Below are positions 26,024-32,736 of a DNA stretch of 46,753 nucleotides, one piece after another. The position numbers and the translations under genes were made by a program. The notes below the pieces were generated by a model. The model did no database searches. It was not told the DNA's origin and saw only the letters and a program-made list of their open reading frames with translations. Numbering within the stretch: the first letter of the stretch is position 1; every line of letters starts with the position of its first letter. Origin of the DNA: Desulfonema limicola (lineage in GTDB: Bacteria > Desulfobacterota > Desulfobacteria > Desulfobacterales > Desulfosalsimonadaceae); assembly GCA_020722245.1 (NCBI GenBank), contig DYLE01000001.1:1-46753 (forward strand), in the 5' to 3' direction.

Positions 26024-26869
26024 CTAAAGATGATCATTCAGCCAGCCCTCCAGATCGGCCAAAACCCGCTGCCGGTGTTCCTCGACCTCGTTGTAGATTT
26101 CATGGTAAAGGCCGTCGTAGACGTGAAGTGTTTTATCCTCAGCTCTGATGCTTTGAAAAAAGGTTTCGGATGTCTTGGCATCCACCAGGCGGTCGTCGCC
26201 CGCAACCTGCATCAGCACGGGGATAGTGATTTTTGAGCCGTGCTGAAGGGTATGGTCCATGGCGGTCATAAATTCGGTGAACCACCGGGCGCTGACCCTG
26301 CGGTGAACCAGGGGATCGGTGTCATACGCCTTCACCACGGATGCGTCATGGCTCAGATGCGAGGAATCCAGCTCATTGTCAAAGGTCAGGCCGGGCCAGA
26401 TGTTCGACATGAGCTTTCCCATGAAGCCCTTGATGACCGGGACCTTCATGGCAGGGGCCAATCCCGGCGAGGAGGCGACGACCCCGTGGATCAGACCCGC
26501 GGATTCCTCGGCAAAGGCCAGGGCCATGAGCCCGCCCATGCTGTGCCCGAGCAAAAGGCATTTCATTTTTTCGGGCGCCCCTTTTTTGGCGATGCGTATC
26601 ATTTGACCGAGGTCGAGAAGGTACTCCTGGAAAGCGTTGATATGGCCGCGCTTTCCGCCGCTTCTGCCGTGCCCCCGGTGATCCAATGCCCAGACCGATA
26701 TGCCCATGCGGATCATCCTTTCCATCACATGGGCGTATCTTCCGGAATGCTCTCCGAGCCCGTGGGCGATCACGATGCGGCCGCGCTCCGGCTCGGCCGG
26801 ACGCTGCCGGTAAAAAATAGTGATCCCGCCATCGCCGGTAAAACTGCCGGTGCGTTCAGATTGATCCAT
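26024..26869 (-). CDS. Alpha/beta hydrolase, lysophospholipase / monoacylglycerol-lipase-like
   Basis: HGLGEHSGRY oxyanion region, nucleophile elbow GHSMGG, later GDDRLVD and YHEI (Asp/His of the triad). Confidence 0.85.
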   Translation of the reverse strand: MDQSERTGSFTGDGGITIFYRQRPAEPERGRIVIAHGLGEHSGRYAHVMERMIRMGISVWALDHRGHGRSGGKRGHINAFQEYLLDLGQMIRIAKKGAPEKMKCLLLGHSMGGLMALAFAEESAGLIHGVVASSPGLAPAMKVPVIKGFMGKLMSNIWPGLTFDNELDSSHLSHDASVVKAYDTDPLVHRRVSARWFTEFMTAMDHTLQHGSKITIPVLMQVAGDDRLVDAKTSETFFQSIRAEDKTLHVYDGLYHEIYNEVEEHRQRVLADLEGWLNDHL

Positions 26870-26900
26870 CCTATGGCCTCCTTGATGATGTTTGTTGATG

Positions 26901-27233
26901 TTAGATGCCGATTTTTGATAAAAACGCGCAGATTTCGTTTACGGTTTGGGTCAGCCGGGGATATGACGCCTCAACCCCCTTCACCGACGATAATAAACCC
27001 TCTATGGATATCTTGATCAGGTTGGGGTTGATCTCGGTTCGGGTGGCTTCATGGGCGGAAATTTTTGTAAAGCCTTTGATGCTTTCCGCTTTTTCTTTCT
27101 GGTTTTTTTGCAGTTCGTTGATTTCATCGTTTAGGGTTTTGAGCAGGGCGATATACTCGGCCTTGTTCAGGTCGGGAATATTCGGAGATGTTTTAATTTT
27201 TTTTTCTATTTTTTCAAGCGTATGGCTTAACAT
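26901..27233 (-). CDS. DUF4404-like small coiled-coil protein
   Basis: 110 aa, helical. The C-terminal YPRLTQTVNEICAFLSKIGI resembles the DUF4404 C-terminal signature (HP.L......L...GI). First gene of the minus-strand operon. Confidence 0.6.
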   Translation of the reverse strand: MLSHTLEKIEKKIKTSPNIPDLNKAEYIALLKTLNDEINELQKNQKEKAESIKGFTKISAHEATRTEINPNLIKISIEGLLSSVKGVEASYPRLTQTVNEICAFLSKIGI

Positions 27234-27346
27234 GTCGATTTCCTTACGCCCAATGATAAAGCCTTATTTATCTACCAGATCGTCGCGTAAAGATCAAATA
27301 TTTATCAATTCAAGGGTAAATTTGGTTTTCAGGCGGTTTGAATGCA

Positions 27347-27375
27347 TTGACGCAGGCCCTTATTCCCGTTATCTT
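27347..27375 (+). promoter_or_regulatory. Sigma70-like promoter candidate TTGACG-N17-TATCTT placed 6 nt before ATG 27382 (predicts a leaderless mRNA)
   Basis: TTGACG at 27347-27352, a 17-nt spacer, TATCTT at 27370-27375. No SD between the -10 and the ATG. Confidence 0.3.
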
Positions 27376-27381
27376 ACACCT

Positions 27382-27681
27382 ATGAATCCCTGTGACGATT
27401 GTCCGATGGATGACAAGGTCTACGAGTGCTGCGGAAGGCATCCTGAAACCGGGGAGAGCGTCCGCCTGGAGATCGACGCAAACACCTTTGTATATGCCTG
27501 TCCGCATCTGGCCCCTTCAGGCAGGTGCGCGGTCTATAATGACCGTCCCCTGGGCTGTCGGGCGCATTATTGCAGTCGGTATGCGGACACTGGAATCGGC
27601 AGGGGATATCTTAATTTTACCGCCCGTTGGGAGGGGTGGCTGGAAAGCGATCCTTCGGACGTATTTTTGAAAAGCGCCTGA
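27382..27681 (+). CDS. YkgJ-family Cys-cluster protein (CxxCxxCC zinc/iron-chelating domain)
   Basis: MNPCDDCPMDDKVYECCG...CPHLAPSGRCAVYNDRPLGCRAHYC matches the family pattern (C.L...G.C.IY..RP..CR.Y). The 26905 start in the ORF track is an antisense extension over the DUF4404 gene. Confidence 0.75.
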   Translation: MNPCDDCPMDDKVYECCGRHPETGESVRLEIDANTFVYACPHLAPSGRCAVYNDRPLGCRAHYCSRYADTGIGRGYLNFTARWEGWLESDPSDVFLKSA

Positions 27682-27711
27682 GGGTTTGCCTCCTCGACTC
27701 CCATCTGTTTT

Positions 27712-29589
27712 TCAGGCATAAAGAAGCCCGGCCAGATCGTTAAGCCCGAGCTGCTCCAGGGTCTCTTTTTTCGGAACCCCGTCCGCATTGAAGCCGCGCA
27801 GCTCGTAGAATTCCTTCAACATCTTGTCCATATCCGGAACGCTCCCCGCCGTGGGTCCGTCTTCAATCGCGGTCATCAGGCGTTTGGGAAGCCGGTCGTC
27901 CTGTGCGCGGGCCCCGAAAAGGTTGGTCAGCCCTCGTTTCATGTACCATACCTTCCGGCCGATCGCCACCACCTCATCGATCGAATAGTCAAACCCGGTG
28001 ACATGGTTTACCATGGCCACCGCCTGGGTGGCGTTTAAGGGAACCGCCCCGAGGTTGCAGAAAAGCGCGCAGCTTGAGAAAAACATGCCGTAATCCTGGC
28101 AGGCGACGTTCAGTTCCGCTCTTTTTTCGCTGCTGAGTTCTTCATACTGGGCAGCGAGCGCTTCGATTTCCGGAATGATCTGGGCTCCGCCTTCCACATT
28201 GAAGTTTAAGCTGGCTTCATGGCAGGCCCCCCGGGGGGATACCCCGTAGGCCAGCCCGTAGCCGTGGGCCCCTCGCGGATCGTGCATCGGCGCCTCAAGC
28301 CCCTTGACGGTGGTCAGAAAATCAGAGGCGTTTTTTCCGATTTTTTTCGCCGCCGCCGCGCTTCCCTCGGCCAGGACCTGTCCGAATCCTTCTTTTTTGC
28401 CGATTTTTTCGCACACGGCCACGATCGCTTCGGAGTTTCCCCAGGTGAGTTTCAGCCCGTCGGTGTCTTTTTCGGTGATCAGACCGTTTTCAAAGCATTC
28501 GATGGCAAAGGCGATGGTGGCGCCGCAGGTGATGGTGTCCATTCCATATCGGTTGCAGAGATCATTGGCCTTGGCGATGGATTCGATGTCGGAATTTAAG
28601 CACATGGTGCCGAAGGTGGCGATGGTCTCATACTCCGGCGACGGCCCTTTTTCGATTTTAAACGGACCCTCCTTGACCTGAGCCTCTTTTTTGCAGGCCA
28701 CGCCGCACCCGTAGCAGGTTTTATGCCCGGCAAAAATTTTTTCCTCGATGGCGCCCGGTCCGATGGCGTCGATGAGCTCCCATTGGTTCATCTGCCAGTT
28801 TTTTATCGGGATGTCTCCGCCCAGAATCCCCACATCGATATGGGCGGGGGTTCCGCTGGAACGGAGGGCGTCGATAAAGATGCTTTCTTCGTATACGGTT
28901 TTAAGCTCTTCTTTCAGTTCTTTCAGCTTGTCGGGATGGGCGATCTCCACCTGTCCGGAGCCCGCGGCATAGATGGCCTTGAGGTTTTTGGACCCCCACA
29001 CCGCCCCCATGCCGGTGCGGCCGGCGGCATGCCCCTTGTTGTTGATGATCGAGGCAAACCGGATCCCTTTTTCTCCGGCCGGTCCGATGCAGATGACCTG
29101 GCCGGGGCCCTTGGCCTCCGGTTTATGATCCTCGAGCATCTGATCGTTGGTGTCATAGGTGTCTTTGCCCCAGTATTTACCGGCGTTCCGGATTTCAACC
29201 TGATCGTCATTGATGAAGATATAAACCGGGGATTTGGCCGCGCCGGTGAGGATGATGCCGTCGTATCCGGCGAATTTCAGGTATGCCCCGAAAAATCCGC
29301 CGGTGTTCGCCTCGCCCCAGAAACCGGTCAGGGGGGATTTCGCACCCATGGTCCACCGGGCAACCGCGTCCATCTTTATTCCCGTCAGTGGGCCGGTCAT
29401 CAGCACAAAGGGATTGGCCGGGGATAATGGATCAAAACCCGGGTTCCCCTTGATCAAATCAAGGTAGATCTGAGTGCCGAACCCCATGCCCCCGATATAG
29501 GTCCTGGCAAAGGACAGATCCAGGGGCTTTTTTTCGATGCTGCCTGAGGTCAGGTCGATATAGAGCATTTTTCCCGCATAGCCGCCCAT
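27712..29589 (-). CDS. Aldehyde:ferredoxin oxidoreductase (tungsten/molybdopterin AOR family)
   Basis: MGGYAGKMLYIDLTSGSIEKKPL...YIGGMGFG N-terminal domain; 4Fe-4S ligands in CYGCGVAC plus RGACHE; 625 aa. Confidence 0.92.
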   Translation of the reverse strand: MGGYAGKMLYIDLTSGSIEKKPLDLSFARTYIGGMGFGTQIYLDLIKGNPGFDPLSPANPFVLMTGPLTGIKMDAVARWTMGAKSPLTGFWGEANTGGFFGAYLKFAGYDGIILTGAAKSPVYIFINDDQVEIRNAGKYWGKDTYDTNDQMLEDHKPEAKGPGQVICIGPAGEKGIRFASIINNKGHAAGRTGMGAVWGSKNLKAIYAAGSGQVEIAHPDKLKELKEELKTVYEESIFIDALRSSGTPAHIDVGILGGDIPIKNWQMNQWELIDAIGPGAIEEKIFAGHKTCYGCGVACKKEAQVKEGPFKIEKGPSPEYETIATFGTMCLNSDIESIAKANDLCNRYGMDTITCGATIAFAIECFENGLITEKDTDGLKLTWGNSEAIVAVCEKIGKKEGFGQVLAEGSAAAAKKIGKNASDFLTTVKGLEAPMHDPRGAHGYGLAYGVSPRGACHEASLNFNVEGGAQIIPEIEALAAQYEELSSEKRAELNVACQDYGMFFSSCALFCNLGAVPLNATQAVAMVNHVTGFDYSIDEVVAIGRKVWYMKRGLTNLFGARAQDDRLPKRLMTAIEDGPTAGSVPDMDKMLKEFYELRGFNADGVPKKETLEQLGLNDLAGLLYA

Positions 29590-29601
29590 GGTGCAAGCCT
29601 C

Positions 29602-30015
29602 CTAGTAAACATTGTATTGGCTGTAGCCGTGTTCCTCCAGGTACTTGGGATACATCTCATAGGTGGGTTTGATGGCCGGAAGCAGCTTTAATATTTTCGG
29701 AATGGGGCCTTTTGCGATCATCTGTTTTCGGGTCAGGGCCATGGTCAGGTTGACCTTGCCGAACCAGAATTTATGGGCGATATCCGCATTCATGGACATC
29801 TCGACGATCGCCTTTGTTTCGGTATCGCGGGGCCTGATATCGATCTTGTCCCCGGAGCAATCCACCACGAGGACCAGGTCCGGATCGGTATAGGAAAACC
29901 GGATGATCAGTTTGGATTCAAGCAGCTTGTTCGCCACCTCCGGGGTGTCGGCCACCAGTTTAAAAAACCCGACCAATACCTCTTCGAATTTTTCCGAACT
30001 CTCAAATAATCCCAT
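29602..30015 (-). CDS. Stand-alone SCP2 sterol/lipid-carrier domain protein
   Basis: 137 aa. Contains ...MSMNADIAHKFWFGKVNLTMALTRKQMIAKGPIPKILKLLP, typical of the SCP2 fold. Confidence 0.8.
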   Translation of the reverse strand: MGLFESSEKFEEVLVGFFKLVADTPEVANKLLESKLIIRFSYTDPDLVLVVDCSGDKIDIRPRDTETKAIVEMSMNADIAHKFWFGKVNLTMALTRKQMIAKGPIPKILKLLPAIKPTYEMYPKYLEEHGYSQYNVY

Positions 30016-30051
30016 GATTTCCTCCTTATGATTGAACGTTAGGTTGATTGG

Positions 30052-31233
30052 CTAATACGCTTTCTGGATATAGGGGAGGAGTGCCTCGGGATCCACCTCC
30101 CGTGGGTTGTAGAAGGATGTCCCGTCGTTTAAGGCGCCTTCCGCGATGGCGGCAAGTCCGTCCTCAGGCACGCCCACATCCCTCAACCGCAAGGGGAGGG
30201 CGCCCAGCCGGTTTAGTTTTTCCCTGAGCTTATATACCGCGTCAATGGCCTTTCGGGCGGCGTCTTCTTCAGATAGTCCGGCGGTGTGTTCGCCCATCAC
30301 CGGGGCCAGGCGGGCGAGTCTGGTCTTGATTTGTTCAAAGTTGTACTCCATGCCGTAGGGAAGATAAATGGCGTTGGCGATGCCATGAGGCACACGGAAC
30401 AGCCCGCCGGTGGCGTGGGCCATGCCGTGGACACAGCCCACCATGGAATGGGTGAAGGCAACGCCGGCCATGGTTGAGGCGATGAGCATGGCGCCTCTGG
30501 CTTCGATGTCCTCTCCGTTTTCCGTGGCTCTGGGCAGGTGGTTTACAATCAGCTCGATGGCGCCCAAGGCAAACGCATCGGATATGGGGCTGGCCTGAAT
30601 GCCGACATAGGCCTCCAGGGCATGGGTTAAGGCATCCATGCCGGTGCCCGCGGTCATGTTCGGCGGAAGGGAGACCGTCATTTCCGGATCGAGCACAGCC
30701 AGGTTCGGGAGCAGAAATTTATCCGGAAAGGCCAGCTTCTCTTTGTTCTCTTCGTCATAGATGACGGCCACCATGGTCACCTCGCTGCCGGTGCCGGCGG
30801 TGGTCGGAATCACGATATGGGGTTTGAGCGGCCGGGTCAGGGTGTGGGCGCCCGAGTAGTCCTCAACCAGGTCTCCGCCTTCCGAGAAAAGGATGTTCGA
30901 GGCCTTTGCGGTGTCGATCACGCTGCCGCCGCCGATGGAGATGATCCCTTGGGCGCCGGAGTCCTTGATCTGGCCGGCGCAGGTCTTGACGTCGTTGAGC
31001 CGGCCGTCCTGGGCCACATCCAGAAACTCCCCGGTGACCTCGCATCCGGCTTCCGCAAGCCCGTCCGCGACCTTTTTGACCAGACCCAGGTCGCTGATGA
31101 TGCGGTCGGAAACGATGAAGTATTTTTTGATGCCGATGATATCCAGCTCAGGTTTCAGGCTTGTTGCAATACCGATCTGATAAACGACCTTGGTGGGATT
31201 GTAGAACTCAAAAAATTCAGGCAAGGGGAACAT
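30052..31233 (-). CDS. Iron-containing (group III) alcohol dehydrogenase
   Basis: GGGSVIDTAK motif and His-rich metal site (HALEAY, HSMVGCVHGMAH). ATG 31233 is preferred because AAGGAG lies 6 nt upstream. The ORF-track start 31356 adds 41 implausible residues. Confidence 0.9.
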   Translation of the reverse strand: MFPLPEFFEFYNPTKVVYQIGIATSLKPELDIIGIKKYFIVSDRIISDLGLVKKVADGLAEAGCEVTGEFLDVAQDGRLNDVKTCAGQIKDSGAQGIISIGGGSVIDTAKASNILFSEGGDLVEDYSGAHTLTRPLKPHIVIPTTAGTGSEVTMVAVIYDEENKEKLAFPDKFLLPNLAVLDPEMTVSLPPNMTAGTGMDALTHALEAYVGIQASPISDAFALGAIELIVNHLPRATENGEDIEARGAMLIASTMAGVAFTHSMVGCVHGMAHATGGLFRVPHGIANAIYLPYGMEYNFEQIKTRLARLAPVMGEHTAGLSEEDAARKAIDAVYKLREKLNRLGALPLRLRDVGVPEDGLAAIAEGALNDGTSFYNPREVDPEALLPYIQKAY

Positions 31234-31434
31234 GGCAGACTCCTTAACTTTGGGGGTTAGAAGATTCAGTCCGTCAACCAGCAATATTTTTAGCACAGGG
31301 ATGATCTTTTCGTCAACAGAATAAATGCAACGCCTGCGATTTACATAAAATTGCACGGGTTTTGAAATAATGACAAAAAAGAGACAAAAATTTGACGGCG
31401 ATGTGAAGGATGGGCTGAAACAGTGATCAATGAA

Positions 31435-31474
31435 AAGACGACCCTGTGGGTTACAGCCCCGCCAGGGTCGTCTT
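31435..31474 (-). terminator. Intrinsic-terminator-like hairpin 11 nt downstream of the thiolase stop
   Basis: 12-bp perfect stem aagacgaccctg / cagggtcgtctt with a 16-nt loop. On the minus strand it is followed by ttcatt (U-rich run uuuucauu including the stem end). Confidence 0.5.
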
Positions 31475-31485
31475 GTGTTTGTGGA

Positions 31486-32697
31486 TTACCCCTTGTATTT
31501 GCCGATGATGGCGACGCTGCAGATGTTCTGGAACGGAAACCCGCCCAGGTTGTGGGTCAGACCCAGCCTTGGGTTTTCGATCTGGCGTTTACCCGCCCGT
31601 CCATGAAGCTGCAGGTACATCTCGTAGAGCATCCGCAGCCCGGACGCGCCGATGGGGTGCCCGAAGCATTTGAGGCCGCCGTCGAGCTGGCAGGGGACCC
31701 CGCCGCCATGCAGATCATAAAAGCCGTTCATGATGTCCTCTCTGGCTTTTCCCCTTTCCGAGATATGCAGGTCCTCGTAGGTGACGAATTCCGTGATGGA
31801 AAAACAGTCATGGACCTCCATCATGCTGATTTCTTTTCTGGGGTTTTCAATGCCGGCCTCCTTATACGCCATGGTGCTGCATTTGGAGGTGGTCAGAAAA
31901 TGGTCGCAGTCCCAGTCGTTGTAAGCCATTTCTTCACCGCTGCTCAAAACAATCTGGAGGGCCTTGACCGATACAAAATCTTTTTTACCCATTTTTTTTG
32001 CGATTTCCGGGGTCGTGACAATCGCGCAGGCGGAGCCGTCGCTGACCCCGCAGCAGTCAAACAGACCAAGGGGATGGGCGATGATGGGGGCCGCAAGGAT
32101 TTGATCCTCGGTCACCGCTTTCTGAAGGTGCGCCTTGGGGTTCAAGGTGCCGTTGGCATGGCTTTTGGCCGAAACATGCGCCATGGCCCGTTTCAGGTCT
32201 TCAGGCTTGATTTTATACTTTGCGGCATATGCGCTGGCGAGCTGGGCAAAGGATCCCGGAGCGGTCAGGTTCGGCCACCACTGCCAGATAAGGGTGCCGG
32301 CGTTTGAACCTGCCCCAGGCAGTCCGCCGTAGCCGGTATCTTTCAGTTTTTCCACCCCCAGCGCCAGGCAGACATCATAGGCGCCTGAGGCCACCGCATA
32401 ACAGGCGCCTCGGAACGCCTCGGTTCCGCTGGCGCAATAGTTTTCCACACGGGTGACCGGAATCATGGGAAGATGCAGGGTGACGGACAGGGGCATGGCG
32501 GTTTTCCCCACATTGACCTCATCCATGCAGGTACCGAACCATGCGGCTTGAATATCCTTTTGCTCGATTCCGGCATCCGCCAGGCATTCCTCATACGCCT
32601 CGAGCATCAGTTCTTCAGCCCCCACGTCCCAGCGTTCTCCGAACTTGGTGCATCCCATCCCGATGATGGCGACCTTATCTTTTATTCCTGTAGCCAT
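31486..32697 (-). CDS. Thiolase, SCPx/archaeal-type (non-fused), catalytic residues intact
   Basis: VENYCASGTEAF (nucleophile Cys), EVHDCF (His), GGLKCFGHPIGASG (second Cys, GHP). Confidence 0.9.
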   Translation of the reverse strand: MATGIKDKVAIIGMGCTKFGERWDVGAEELMLEAYEECLADAGIEQKDIQAAWFGTCMDEVNVGKTAMPLSVTLHLPMIPVTRVENYCASGTEAFRGACYAVASGAYDVCLALGVEKLKDTGYGGLPGAGSNAGTLIWQWWPNLTAPGSFAQLASAYAAKYKIKPEDLKRAMAHVSAKSHANGTLNPKAHLQKAVTEDQILAAPIIAHPLGLFDCCGVSDGSACAIVTTPEIAKKMGKKDFVSVKALQIVLSSGEEMAYNDWDCDHFLTTSKCSTMAYKEAGIENPRKEISMMEVHDCFSITEFVTYEDLHISERGKAREDIMNGFYDLHGGGVPCQLDGGLKCFGHPIGASGLRMLYEMYLQLHGRAGKRQIENPRLGLTHNLGGFPFQNICSVAIIGKYKG

Positions 32698-32736
32698 GTT
32701 TTTTTCCTCCTCTTTATGGATGGCAGTCTATGCGGG

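Noticed and set aside
25978-26162. While hand-translating, my base count for the printed lines 25981-26160 appeared offset by +1 relative to the ORF-track frames. There seemed to be one extra C at about 25980-25982 and one A fewer in the A-run at about 26157-26161. This would affect the 5' end of the AI-2E gene and the 3' end of the hydrolase gene.
   Set aside because: Both positions are homopolymer runs at line breaks, and three independent ORF-track entries agree with each other. I therefore treat it as my own reading or counting error, or a formatting issue, not as a frameshift or pseudogene. Coordinates follow the ORF track.
26905-27381. 5' extensions offered by the ORF track: 26905 for the YkgJ gene, 2820 for the crotonase, 31356 for the ADH, 42320 for the second crotonase, 39684 for the racemase-like gene.
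   Set aside because: The extensions overlap neighbouring genes or intergenic repeats and add non-homologous residues. Internal ATG/GTG codons preceded by SD-like sequences give N-termini matching the family consensus.
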